64,000 bases of DNA from Dehalococcoidia bacterium. Lineage in GTDB: Bacteria > Chloroflexota > Dehalococcoidia > Plut-88900. Shown in pieces: positions 15,146 to 25,008 of this stretch. Position 1 is the stretch's first letter. The number at the start of each line of letters is the position of its first letter. The notes beneath the pieces were generated by a model that did not search any database, was not told the DNA's origin, and saw nothing but the letters and a program-made list of their open reading frames with translations. The stretch covers positions 704,001 to 768,000 of the forward strand of contig CBDBLV010000005.1 of assembly GCA_965207225.1 (NCBI GenBank), written 5' to 3'. The position numbers and the translations under genes were made by a program.

Positions 15146-16233
15146 GTTGGCAGGACGTGCTCTTCACCATACTCAAGGTACTGGCCGTCATCGGCCTGAT
15201 AACAGTCGTAGTCCTCGCTTTGACCTACCTTGAACGCAAGGCCTTGGGCCGCATCCAGATGCGCATGGGCCCCATGCGCACCGGCTTCCACGGCATATTC
15301 CAACCTATCGCCGACGCCCTCAAGCTCCTCCTCAAGGAAGACGTCACCCCCTCCGTCCGAGACAAGTCAGCCTTCTGGATCGCTCCCCTCATCGTCTTCG
15401 TCCCCGCCTTCATCCTCTGGATTACCATCCCCTTCACCGAAGACCTCGTTGTCCGTAACCTTGAATATGGCATCTTCTACATCATCGCCGTAAGCGTCGT
15501 TGCCATAGTCGGCATCCTCATGGCCAGCTGGGGCTCCAACAACAAGTACGCCCTCCTCGGCGGCGCCCGAGCCGCCGCCCAGCTCATCAGCTACGAACTA
15601 CCCATTATTCTCGTCATCCTCGCCGTCGTCATGCTCGCCGGTACCCTGGACATGAGGGAGATTGTCCACGCCCAGGGCAGCTACCCCTACATCTACCTAC
15701 AGCCCCTTGGCCTTGTCATCTTCCTGGTAGCCGGCCTCGCAGAGCTGGGACGCACCCCCTTCGACATCCCCACCGCCGAGTCTGAAATCGTCGGTGGCCC
15801 CTACGTCGAGTACAGCGGCATGCACTGGTCCATGTTCTTCCTCGCCGAGTACGCCAACACCTTCGCCATCGGGGCCTTGGGAACCGTCCTCTTCCTCGGC
15901 GGCTGGAGCGGTCCCCTTCTCCCGGGCGTCATCTGGTTCGCCATCAAGACTACAGCGATAATCATGGCCATCTTCTGGCTCCGCGCCACCCTCCCCAGGT
16001 TCAGGATCGACCAGCTGATGACCATCTGCTGGCAGTTTCTCATCCCCCTCACCTTCGTCAATATCCTGCTCACCGGCATTTACGCCTTCTACGGTTGGCC
16101 GTCCTGGACCATGTTCCTGATGTCCATAGCCCTGCTGGTCGTTAGCGGCGGCGTAGTCAGGCTGCGGCAGAGGGCCCGTACCGCCAAGTTCGAAGAGGCC
16201 CTCAGAGCCCGCAGGGAGAAGCTCGCGACATGA
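15142..16233 (+). CDS. nuoH: NADH-quinone oxidoreductase subunit H
   Basis: ERK..GRIQ.R.GP, QPIADALKLLLKE, NKYALLG, ISYE, RTPFD. Confidence 0.97.
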   Translation: MSWQDVLFTILKVLAVIGLITVVVLALTYLERKALGRIQMRMGPMRTGFHGIFQPIADALKLLLKEDVTPSVRDKSAFWIAPLIVFVPAFILWITIPFTEDLVVRNLEYGIFYIIAVSVVAIVGILMASWGSNNKYALLGGARAAAQLISYELPIILVILAVVMLAGTLDMREIVHAQGSYPYIYLQPLGLVIFLVAGLAELGRTPFDIPTAESEIVGGPYVEYSGMHWSMFFLAEYANTFAIGALGTVLFLGGWSGPLLPGVIWFAIKTTAIIMAIFWLRATLPRFRIDQLMTICWQFLIPLTFVNILLTGIYAFYGWPSWTMFLMSIALLVVSGGVVRLRQRARTAKFEEALRARREKLAT

Positions 16234-16721
16234 TAGGTGTATTCAAGGGCCTCGCCACCACCATCAAGACCATGATCAGACGACCCGTCACCGCTCAATA
16301 TCCTGATGAGCATCTCCCCGTCTCCGACCGCTTCATGGGCTTCCCGGGCCTCCTCTGGGACGAGGAAATTGGCGAGTCCAAGTGCGTCGGCTGCCAGGTC
16401 TGCGCCCGATACTGCCCCACCGACTGTATGTACGTAACCATGAAGCCCAACGAGAACTTCGCCGCGGGCACAAGCAAGCGTAAGAAGATGGTCGATGACT
16501 TCATGCTCGACATGTCCCGCTGCATCATCTGCGGGATATGCGTTGAGGTCTGCAACTTCGACGCCATAGTCATGACCCAGGAGCACGAGATCGGTCAGTA
16601 CGGCCGCCGGGGCCTCTGGGCCGACCTCGACGCCCTCCACGCCCTCGGCAATGCCTATGAAAAAGAACACGGCCCCGCCTACCCAGACTCCGAAGTAGAC
16701 CCGGAGGCCGACGAGGAATAG
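16230..16721 (+). CDS. nuoI: NADH-quinone oxidoreductase subunit I
   Basis: Two CxxCxxCxxxC ferredoxin motifs; TAQYP. Confidence 0.96.
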   Translation: MIGVFKGLATTIKTMIRRPVTAQYPDEHLPVSDRFMGFPGLLWDEEIGESKCVGCQVCARYCPTDCMYVTMKPNENFAAGTSKRKKMVDDFMLDMSRCIICGICVEVCNFDAIVMTQEHEIGQYGRRGLWADLDALHALGNAYEKEHGPAYPDSEVDPEADEE

Positions 16722-17218
16722 TGACTACCGTACTCGTCTTCTTCTTCATCCTCGCCGCCATGACCATGATCGGTGCCATCGGTACCGTCACCGCCCGCAA
16801 CGTCGTCCACGCCGCCCTTTTCCTCATCCTTTCCCTTCTAGCGGTCGCCGGTCTGTTCGTCCTTCTCCTCGCCGAGTTCCTCGCCATCGTGCAGGTCCTT
16901 ATCTACGGCGGCGCAATCACCATCCTCCTCCTCTTCGCCCTCATGCTCACCCGCGCCCGGGAGTCCGCCCTAAGGCTCGACAACAACCAGCGAGTCCTCG
17001 CCTTCCTCGCTACCGGAGCCCTATTCGCCGCGCTCACCGTCATCTTCCTCCTGTCCGACTGGCCCGACCCCATCCAGGACCCCCAGCGCCCCGGCTTCAC
17101 CGGCATTGCTGAGGTCCTCTTTCAGCAGTGGGCCATCCCCTTCGAGGTCGCCTCCCTCGTCCTCCTGATCGCCCTAATAGGAGCCATAGTCATCTCCCGC
17201 CCCGGCCCCGAGGAGTAG
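16721..17218 (+). CDS. nuoJ: NADH-quinone oxidoreductase subunit J
   Basis: AEFLAIVQVLIYGGAI, PFEVASLVLL. Confidence 0.95.
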   Translation: MTTVLVFFFILAAMTMIGAIGTVTARNVVHAALFLILSLLAVAGLFVLLLAEFLAIVQVLIYGGAITILLLFALMLTRARESALRLDNNQRVLAFLATGALFAALTVIFLLSDWPDPIQDPQRPGFTGIAEVLFQQWAIPFEVASLVLLIALIGAIVISRPGPEE

Positions 17219-17230
17219 GAACCCGAACCC

Positions 17231-17551
17231 TTGATTGCCATCGAGTATTACCTTGTCCTGGGCGCTGCCCTCTTTGCCGTCGGCGTCTATGGAGTCCTCG
17301 TGCGCCGGAATGCCGTCCTCATCCTCATGTCCATAGAGCTCATGCTCCAGGCCGTCAACATCAACCTCCTCGCCTTTTCCACCTACCTAATCCCCCGAGG
17401 AGATACCGAACGACACCTCGGTTTCATATTCGCAATCTTCGTCATCACCATCGCCGCCGCCGAGGTCGGGCTGGCCCTTGGTATCGTCCTCCGAATCTAC
17501 AGGAACCGATCCTCCGTCAACGTCGACGAGCTAAACCGAATGAAATGGTGA
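17231..17551 (+). CDS. nuoK: NADH-quinone oxidoreductase subunit K
   Basis: RRN, MSIELML, AAAEVGL. Confidence 0.96.
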   Translation: MIAIEYYLVLGAALFAVGVYGVLVRRNAVLILMSIELMLQAVNINLLAFSTYLIPRGDTERHLGFIFAIFVITIAAAEVGLALGIVLRIYRNRSSVNVDELNRMKW

Positions 17552-17561
17552 CCTCAACTTT

Positions 17562-19472
17562 ATGAGCGACGCAGGAATGATCGGACTGCAGTGGGCCTGG
17601 CTGGCCCCCGCAGCCTGTATCGGAGCCTTTGGCATCCTCGCCCTGTCGGCTCTATTGCGACGTTCCCTACCGAGTAGCGGAGTCCTCCTTGCCGTCTGTG
17701 CCATCGGCTTCTCCTTCGTCCTCTTCTGGTTCCTCCTCAACTCCCTAATCAACGGCGCCGAACGCGACTTCACCGTCTCGTGGTTCGACGCCGGAGGCGG
17801 CGCCTTCAACCTCGGCCTCACCCTTGACCCCGTTGCAATGGTGATGATGGGCGTCATCACCTTCGTATCCCTGCTGGTCCAGATTTACTCCCTCGGCTAC
17901 ATGCGCGGCCAGCCCCGACTCGCCTGGTACTTCGCCGTTCACTCCCTCTTCGCCGCATCCATGCTGGGCCTTGTCCTTACCAACAGCCTCCTTGTCCTCT
18001 ACATAGGCTGGGAGTTGGTCGGAATCTGTTCGTACCTGCTCATCGGCTTCTGGTACGAACGCCGCTCCGCCGCCGAGGCCGCCAAGAAAGCCTTCATCAC
18101 CACCCGTATCGGTGATGTAGGCCTGCTAGTCGGCATCCTGCTCCTGTACTACAAGTTGGACACTTTCCATATCCCCGATATCCTCAGCGCGGTCGAAGCT
18201 GGAGCGCTGAGCGATGGTGTGATGACCCTCAGCGCAATCCTCATCTTCCTCGGTGCTATGGGTAAGTCGGCCCAGTTCCCCCTCCACGTCTGGCTCCCCG
18301 ACGCCATGGAAGGCCCCACCCCCGTCAGCGCCCTCATCCACGCCGCCACAATGGTCGTCGCCGGTGTCTATCTCGTCGCCCGCATGCTCCCCCTCTTTGA
18401 AGCGACTCCCGCCGCCAGCGAGCTCGTCATCGCCATAGGCTTGGTCACCGCCGTCATGGGCGCCACCATGGCCCTGACCTCCAACGACCTAAAACGCGTC
18501 CTGGCCTACTCTACCGTCAGTCAGATTGGCTTCATGATATTGGCCTTGGGCCACGGGGCTCTCGCCGCCGCCATGTTCCACCTGGCCACCCACGCCCTCT
18601 TCAAGGCCCTCCTCTTCCTCGGAGCCGGCAACGTCCTCCACGCCGTCGGTGAACACTCAGACGTAGACATCCGACGCCTCGGCGGCCTCCGCTCCCGCAT
18701 GCCCGTAACCACCGTTGTGTTCATTATCGCCGCCCTCGCCCTCTCTGGTATCCCGCCCCTCAGCGGCTTCTGGAGCAAGGACGAGATACTCCAGGCCATC
18801 TGGAACTACGGCAATCCTGCCACCCTTGTCATCACCATTGCGGCCTTCTTCCTCAGCGCCCTCTACATGACCCGGCTCGTCTGGCTCGTATTCTTCGGTA
18901 ACCTCAAACCCGAGAACCAGTCCGCCCATGAGGCTCCGGCCGTAATGACCAGCCCCATTGCCCTTCTCGGTATTCTAACCCTCGTCTTTGGGTTCACTGC
19001 CCCCGACTGGCTGGACAACGTCTTCGGCCTCCCAGGCGAGGCCACAGGCTTCGCCAGCTTCGTCCTGGACAAGGCCGACAGCTTCCACGAGCACGTCGTA
19101 CTCGCTGCCATATCCTCGGTAGTCGCTCTCCTTGGCATTGCAACAGGTCTCGCCCTGTACAGGCAAGGCATGAAACTACCTGACACCGCAGACCGAGTCC
19201 TCGCCCCCGTCCGGACCCTCGCCACCAACAAGTACTACCTTGACGACGCCTACCAGTGCGCAATTGACCGCGTAGTCTTGGCCACAGGTGCCGCCACGGC
19301 CTGGTTCGACCGCTACGTCGTCAACGATACCGGCGTTGATGGCTCAGGCAAGATCACCGCCCTCGCAAGCCGGGTTCTGCGCCGACACCAGACGGGCCAG
19401 GTCTCCAACTACGTTCTCGTGATTTCTGCAGGCACCCTGATATTTGTGGTGGCCATCACATTGGCCGCATAG
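17562..19472 (+). CDS. nuoL: NADH-quinone oxidoreductase subunit L
   Basis: WELVG, SYLLIGFW, GKSAQFPLHVWLPDAMEGPTPVSALIHAATMV. Confidence 0.97.
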   Translation: MSDAGMIGLQWAWLAPAACIGAFGILALSALLRRSLPSSGVLLAVCAIGFSFVLFWFLLNSLINGAERDFTVSWFDAGGGAFNLGLTLDPVAMVMMGVITFVSLLVQIYSLGYMRGQPRLAWYFAVHSLFAASMLGLVLTNSLLVLYIGWELVGICSYLLIGFWYERRSAAEAAKKAFITTRIGDVGLLVGILLLYYKLDTFHIPDILSAVEAGALSDGVMTLSAILIFLGAMGKSAQFPLHVWLPDAMEGPTPVSALIHAATMVVAGVYLVARMLPLFEATPAASELVIAIGLVTAVMGATMALTSNDLKRVLAYSTVSQIGFMILALGHGALAAAMFHLATHALFKALLFLGAGNVLHAVGEHSDVDIRRLGGLRSRMPVTTVVFIIAALALSGIPPLSGFWSKDEILQAIWNYGNPATLVITIAAFFLSALYMTRLVWLVFFGNLKPENQSAHEAPAVMTSPIALLGILTLVFGFTAPDWLDNVFGLPGEATGFASFVLDKADSFHEHVVLAAISSVVALLGIATGLALYRQGMKLPDTADRVLAPVRTLATNKYYLDDAYQCAIDRVVLATGAATAWFDRYVVNDTGVDGSGKITALASRVLRRHQTGQVSNYVLVISAGTLIFVVAITLAA

Positions 19473-19482
19473 GGAGACTCAA

Positions 19483-20955
19483 CTGGACGGCAACATCCTC
19501 ATAGTCCTCCTCTTCCTCCCCGCTGCAGGCGGCGTTCTCGCCGTCCTCATCCCCGAGAACAAGCGCGAGTGGATGAAATACTCCATGGCCGCCATCGCCG
19601 CCGTGACTCTCGCCCTTTCCATCTACCTATTCGTCGCCTACGACAACAACCTCGGCGGCTACCAGTTCGAGACCGAGAAGTACAACTGGCTCCCGGGCCT
19701 CGGCGTTACCTTTCACTTGGCAATGGACGGCATTGCCGCCCCCATGGTTCTCCTCACCGGCATCGTCATGGTTACTGCCGTATTCATGGCCTGGAACACC
19801 GCCCCCCGGGCCAAGGACTTCTTTGCCCTCTTCATGGCCCTGGTCTGTGGTGTATACGGCGTATTCCTCTCCCTGGACCTCTTCTTCCTGTTCTTCTTCT
19901 ACGAACTTGCAGTGGTTCCCATGTATCTTCTCATCGGCGTGTGGGGCAGCACCCGGAAGGAATACGGCGCTCTCAAACTCGTCGTCTACCTGGTAGCCAG
20001 TAGTGTCCTGGTATGGGTGGGGCTAATTGCAATTTACGTCCATGCAGACCTTGGGACGTTCAACTTGTTGGAACTCGAACAGGCCGGTTACAGCGCCACC
20101 TTCCAGCGTGTCGTGTTCCCACTATTGATGTTTGGCTTCGGCGTCCTCGCAGGCCTGTGGCCCTTCCACACCTGGTCCCCCGATGGCCACGTCGCTGCCC
20201 CGACCTCCGTCAGCATGCTCCACGCTGGCGTCCTTATGAAGCTCGGGGCCTTCGGCATCATCCGCGTCGGCCTGGACCTCCTCCCCGAAGGCGCGCAGGA
20301 CTGGCAACTGGTGTTGGTCATTCTGGCCACGGTTAACGTCGTATATGGGGCAATGTCGGCCCTCGCCCAGCGAGACCTGAAGTTCGTCATCGGCTATTCC
20401 AGCGTTAGCCACATGGGATACGTCCTTCTGGGCATCGCGACCCTGCATCCCCAGGGCCTTACCGGAGCCGTCTACCAGATGTTCTCCCACGGCATAATGA
20501 CGGCCCTCTTCTTCGCCCTGGTTGGCGTCGTCTACGACCGCGCCCACACCCGAGACATCTCCGTCTTCCAGGGTCTCTCCAAGCGCATGGGCGTTACCGC
20601 ATCCTTCTTCGCCGTAGCCGGACTTGCTTCCCTTGGTCTCCCAGGCCTCAGCGGATTCATCGCCGAGTTCCTCGTATTCGTGGGCCTCTTCAAGACCTAT
20701 CCCGTAGTGGCCGTCTTCGGCATCATCGGCGCCGCAATCACCGCCGTCTACATCCTGCGCCTCATCGCCAAGGTTTTCTTCGGCCCCCTCGACCCCCGCT
20801 GGGAATCCCTCCCCGACGCCTCCCCTCTGGAAAAAGCCTCCATGCTCTCCCTCGTCGCCGTCCTCATATTCGGCGGCGTCTATCCCCAGCCCTTCACCCG
20901 GATCATCGACCAGGGCATCGGCCCCATCCTCGATAGAGTAGCCGCAGTAGCATGA
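19483..20955 (+). CDS. nuoM: NADH-quinone oxidoreductase subunit M (probable CTG start at 19483)
   Basis: FYEL..VPMY, PFHTWSPDGHVAAP, LMKLGAFG, YSSVSHMG; SD GGGAG 6 nt before the in-frame CTG. Confidence 0.95.
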   Translation: MDGNILIVLLFLPAAGGVLAVLIPENKREWMKYSMAAIAAVTLALSIYLFVAYDNNLGGYQFETEKYNWLPGLGVTFHLAMDGIAAPMVLLTGIVMVTAVFMAWNTAPRAKDFFALFMALVCGVYGVFLSLDLFFLFFFYELAVVPMYLLIGVWGSTRKEYGALKLVVYLVASSVLVWVGLIAIYVHADLGTFNLLELEQAGYSATFQRVVFPLLMFGFGVLAGLWPFHTWSPDGHVAAPTSVSMLHAGVLMKLGAFGIIRVGLDLLPEGAQDWQLVLVILATVNVVYGAMSALAQRDLKFVIGYSSVSHMGYVLLGIATLHPQGLTGAVYQMFSHGIMTALFFALVGVVYDRAHTRDISVFQGLSKRMGVTASFFAVAGLASLGLPGLSGFIAEFLVFVGLFKTYPVVAVFGIIGAAITAVYILRLIAKVFFGPLDPRWESLPDASPLEKASMLSLVAVLIFGGVYPQPFTRIIDQGIGPILDRVAAVA

Positions 20956-22388
20956 ACGTCGACTTCGCACTTCTCGTCCCCGAGTTCCTTCTGGTCGGGC
21001 TTGCCTTCGTCCTCTTCACCGTCGACCTCTTCATCCCCAACGACAAGAAGGGCATCCTTCCCTATCTCGCCGTTGCCGGACTCCTTGCCACGGCCGGGTC
21101 TGCCTTCACCCTCCTCGGCAACGAAGGCTCGCTATACGCCAATATCTACGTCGTAGATAAGTACGCTATCTTCTTCAAAGTATTCCTGCCCATAGTCGGT
21201 GTGGTCATGGTCATCGCCTCCCGAGAGTTCGTCAAAAAGCACTTGGAGAATCCGGGAGAGTTCTACAGCCTCATCATGGTCTCCGTGCTGGGCATGATGC
21301 TGATGGTCTCCGCCAACGAGCTTCTCACCGCCTACATTTCCCTGGAGCTCCTCAGCTTCTGCCTCTACATCATGGCTGCCTACGCCAAGCGGGAGGCCCG
21401 CTCCAACGAGGCCGGAGTCAAATACATCCTCATCGGGGCCTTCTCCTCGGGCGTCTTGCTATACGGTATGAGCCTCATCTACGGCGCCCTGGGCACGACC
21501 ACCTTCGAAGGCATGGCCGACGCCCTCCGCGCAGGCGAGCACCTGGAGTTCGCCTTCCTAACCGGCCTGGTCCTGCTCATAGCCGGCTTCGGTTTCAAGG
21601 TCGTCGCCGTACCCTTCCACATGTGGGCCCCCGACGTCTACGAAGGCGCCCCCCTCCCCGTGACGGCCTACCTGTCCGTCGCTTCCAAGGCCGCCAGCTT
21701 CGCACTCCTGCTGCGCCTCTTCGCCGTCGCCTTCGAACCCGTCATCGACGATTGGAAGCCCATTGTTGCCGCCATAGCCGCTGTGACCATGACCGTCGGT
21801 AACGTAGTGGCGATCTCCCAGAAGAACATAAAGCGACTGCTGGCCTACTCCAGCATCGGCCACGCCGGGTTCCTGCTAGTCGGCATAGCTGCACTCTCCG
21901 AAATGGCCTCCACCGCCCTCGTTCTCTACCTCGTCGGCTACGCCGCTACTACCTTTGTCGCCTTCATCTGCGTCATCATCTATTTCAACCTCACCGGCCA
22001 CGAGAAAATCGAGGAATACGCTGGCCTCGCGAAGCGTTCACCCGTCCTGGCCCTCGCCCTGACAATAAGCCTCTTCTCCCTGGCTGGCCTGCCCTTCTTC
22101 GCCGGATTCACCATAAAGTTCTACATCTTTGCTGCCGCCGCCAAAGAAGACCTTATCTGGCTCGTCGCCATCGCCGTGGTCAACAGCCTCATCTCCGTCT
22201 ACTACTACCTCATGGTCATACGCCAGATGTACATCAAACCCGCCCCCGAGGGCTCAAAATCCCTCACCATGCCGAAGATAACCGGTTCAGCCCTCCTCAT
22301 CCTTGTCGGCGTCGTCTTCCTCATCGGAATCTTCCCCCAGTCCATCACCGGCCTCATAGAGAAAGCAACACCCGCCCTGTTTGGGTAA
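20952..22388 (+). CDS. nuoN: NADH-quinone oxidoreductase subunit N
   Basis: EAGVKY, GFKVVAVPFHMWAPDVYEGAP, KRLLAYSSI. Confidence 0.97.
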   Translation: MNVDFALLVPEFLLVGLAFVLFTVDLFIPNDKKGILPYLAVAGLLATAGSAFTLLGNEGSLYANIYVVDKYAIFFKVFLPIVGVVMVIASREFVKKHLENPGEFYSLIMVSVLGMMLMVSANELLTAYISLELLSFCLYIMAAYAKREARSNEAGVKYILIGAFSSGVLLYGMSLIYGALGTTTFEGMADALRAGEHLEFAFLTGLVLLIAGFGFKVVAVPFHMWAPDVYEGAPLPVTAYLSVASKAASFALLLRLFAVAFEPVIDDWKPIVAAIAAVTMTVGNVVAISQKNIKRLLAYSSIGHAGFLLVGIAALSEMASTALVLYLVGYAATTFVAFICVIIYFNLTGHEKIEEYAGLAKRSPVLALALTISLFSLAGLPFFAGFTIKFYIFAAAAKEDLIWLVAIAVVNSLISVYYYLMVIRQMYIKPAPEGSKSLTMPKITGSALLILVGVVFLIGIFPQSITGLIEKATPALFG

Positions 22389-22506
22389 GAAACTGATCTC
22401 AGAAGCCAGTAGTTCATACCCATACCCGCTTGACCCCCTCCCCACCCCCCAGTAACATTCCCACCGACCCTTATTTCTTTTCGCATCTCTTTGGAGGATA
22501 CACGTA

Positions 22507-23997
22507 ATGGCCCAGTCTCAATCTGCCCTGCTCGAAGTCAAGCAGTACTACGGCAGGGTGCAGAACTATATCGACGGTTCATGGACCGACTCTTCCACCG
22601 CAAACTGGCTGGACGTCCAGGAACCGGCCAGCGGCAGAGTAATCGCCGAAGTCCCCTTATCCACCACCTCAGAGGTGAACGCCGCAGTCGCTGCTGCACA
22701 ATCCGCCTTCTGGTCCTGGCGCGAGACCCCTCCCCCCGACCGCGTGCAGCGACTCTGGGCCTACAAGAACCTCATGGAGGAGAACCGGGAGGAGCTTGCC
22801 CGCATAGTCAGCCAGGAGAACGGCAAGTCTATCGGCGACGCCCGCGGCGAGGTCCGTCGGGCCATCCAGAATGTTGAGGTTCCCGCTGGTATTAACTCCC
22901 TCATGATGGGCTACAACCTCGAAGATATAGCCCGTAGCATCGACGAAGACTGCGTCCGGCAGCCCCTCGGCGTATGTGCCGGCATTGTTCCCTTCAACTT
23001 CCCCGCCATGGTTTCCCACTGGTTCCTTCCCTATGCCGTCGCCTGCGGCAACACCTATGTCCTCAAGCCCTCGGAGCAGGTGCCTCTGAGCATGTCCTTC
23101 TGCTTCGACCTGATGGACAAAGCGGGCTTTCCCAATGGCGTGGTGAACTTGGTGCATGGCGCCAAGGAAGCCGTCGACGCCCTCCTAGATAACCCCGACG
23201 TCCGCGCTATCTCCTTCGTCGGCTCAACCGCTATCGCCAGGTACGTCTACCAGCGGGCCACTGCCAATGGCAAGCGGGCCCAGTGCCAGGGTGGCGCCAA
23301 GAACTTCATGGTCGCCATGCCAGACGCCGACGTAGACAAGACCATAGACAACATGATCGGCTCCCTCTACGGCGGCGCCGGCCAGCGATGCCTTGCCGGT
23401 TCGGTCGTCCTTGCAGTCGGTGACGCCTACCAGCCCATCAAGGACAAGCTCATGGAAGCCGCTACAGCGATTAAGGTTGGCAACCCCTTGGACGAATCAA
23501 CGGACATGGGTCCGGTGATTAGCGAGAAACATCGCGAGAAAGTGGTGGGGTACATAGACCAGGGTGTCAAGGAGGGTGCGAAACTGATTCTTGATGGGCG
23601 TGATGTGTCCGTGGAGGGCTTCCCGGAAGGCGCTTTCGTAGGCCCGACTATCTTCGACGAGGTCGACCCCGAAATGACCATCGCCCAGGAGGAGATCTTC
23701 GGCCCCGTCGCTTCCATCGTCCAGGTCGACGACCTCGAACAGGCCATGGACATAATTGAGTCAAACCGCTACGGCAATGCCGCCAGCATCTTCACCTCCA
23801 GCGGCCGCTCCGCCCGGGACTTCAAGCACCGGGTACGCGCAGGTAACATCGGCATCAACGTGGGTGTCGCCGCCCCCATGGCCTTCTTCCCATTCAGTGG
23901 CATGAAGGAGTCCTTCTTCGGTGACCTCCACGGCCAGGGCCGTGATGCCATAGACTTCTTCACCGAAAAGAAGGTCGTAATCACCCGCTGGTTCTAA
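22507..23997 (+). CDS. mmsA: CoA-acylating methylmalonate-semialdehyde dehydrogenase
   Basis: PFNFPAM, KPSEQVP, SFVGST, GGAKN, AGQRCLA, EEIFGP, GDLHGQG, C-terminal TRWF. Confidence 0.92.
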   Translation: MAQSQSALLEVKQYYGRVQNYIDGSWTDSSTANWLDVQEPASGRVIAEVPLSTTSEVNAAVAAAQSAFWSWRETPPPDRVQRLWAYKNLMEENREELARIVSQENGKSIGDARGEVRRAIQNVEVPAGINSLMMGYNLEDIARSIDEDCVRQPLGVCAGIVPFNFPAMVSHWFLPYAVACGNTYVLKPSEQVPLSMSFCFDLMDKAGFPNGVVNLVHGAKEAVDALLDNPDVRAISFVGSTAIARYVYQRATANGKRAQCQGGAKNFMVAMPDADVDKTIDNMIGSLYGGAGQRCLAGSVVLAVGDAYQPIKDKLMEAATAIKVGNPLDESTDMGPVISEKHREKVVGYIDQGVKEGAKLILDGRDVSVEGFPEGAFVGPTIFDEVDPEMTIAQEEIFGPVASIVQVDDLEQAMDIIESNRYGNAASIFTSSGRSARDFKHRVRAGNIGINVGVAAPMAFFPFSGMKESFFGDLHGQGRDAIDFFTEKKVVITRWF

Positions 23998-24082
23998 GCA
24001 GCCGTCGTCTTGCTCTAGCTTTGAAAGAGAACGGTCTCAGCGCCTGACGCCGATCCCGTCTCTCATCATCTGAATGTGGCCT

Positions 24083-24562
24083 CTATCCGACCACTGGGCT
24101 CAGAGCAGGCTTCACGACCGGTACATCCTCGACCACCAATGACCGCCCCACAACCTTGAGAGCCTTTTCCAATTGGGAAAGGTGTGTACGATACAGCGGG
24201 TCTAACAGTTTTCGCGTAGCTTCCTCCGTGAACCCCAGCCTTTCCGCAAGTGCTTTCCTGCTGATTCCATGCTCCTTCATGGCCGCATTGATGGCGAGTT
24301 TAGCAGCTGCCAATGGCGGTACCGAGATCATTATCTGGCTGTCGGTAGGGGGGCTGGGGGTGGGGATGTAACCCTGTTCGGTGCAGTAGTCGGAAATACA
24401 CAGCCACAGCACATCCTCAGCCATCTCCACCGCCTCTTCCCAGGACCAGCCGCATGTTATAGCTTCGGGTAAATCGGGGAATGTCACGTTGTAGGCTTCT
24501 CTTCCCGTTTCCTGTCGTTCCTCTTCGTCAAGGACTATATTGCAGGGATACACGAATCTCAT
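24083..24562 (-). CDS. hicB: HicB-family antitoxin with C-terminal HTH
   Basis: VTFPDLPEAITCG..EEAVEMAED..IPTPS (HicB N-domain) plus HTH (RKALAERLG..RKLLDP). Confidence 0.9.
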   Translation of the reverse strand: MRFVYPCNIVLDEEERQETGREAYNVTFPDLPEAITCGWSWEEAVEMAEDVLWLCISDYCTEQGYIPTPSPPTDSQIMISVPPLAAAKLAINAAMKEHGISRKALAERLGFTEEATRKLLDPLYRTHLSQLEKALKVVGRSLVVEDVPVVKPALSPVVG

Positions 24563-24565
24563 CAG

Positions 24566-24771
24566 TCAAAACTCCCTACGGTTGATGCCAAGTTGCCTGA
24601 ACATATCCACCAGCGTACCTGGAGCGATCTCCCCATATGGTAATGCGTAAATCTACTGCCAACTATGAGTTTAATGTGACTACCCTTGCCGCTTTTGGTA
24701 TCAAGAACGAAGTCTAAACGATTCTTCCGTGCGTATCTCCTGGCCCATCTCAAAAATTCTCTATGAGTCAC
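24566..24771 (-). pseudogene. hicA: HicA-family toxin with a 1-nt frameshift near 24645
   Basis: N-half has GKGSH; the HicA-like tail LPYGEIAPGTLVDMFRQLGINRREF* lies in a shifted frame ending at 24566, 3 nt before the hicB ATG. Confidence 0.8.
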
Positions 24772-24920
24772 TCTAGAATGTTATCATGTAGTTGCTATAA
24801 GTGCTACAAAATAATCATTACATAAGAGATCATTGCGTCCTGCCCCGGGTCAATTGGCAACATTATGACGTTCCATCAAGTGTGATACCCCCACCCCCAT
24901 CCTAACACACCCCTCCCCCC

Positions 24921-24949
24921 ACCAATTTCCATTGTTGGTACAATGGCCC
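24921..24949 (+). promoter_or_regulatory. Extended -10 promoter, BVMO copy 1
   Basis: TGGTACAATGGCCC; the same element lies upstream of BVMO copy 2. Confidence 0.6.
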
Positions 24950-25008
24950 TGGCCCGAGGTTCTAGTGTGGGGTTCAGTTTCCACGATTAGACTTGCAGAG
25001 GGAATCAC

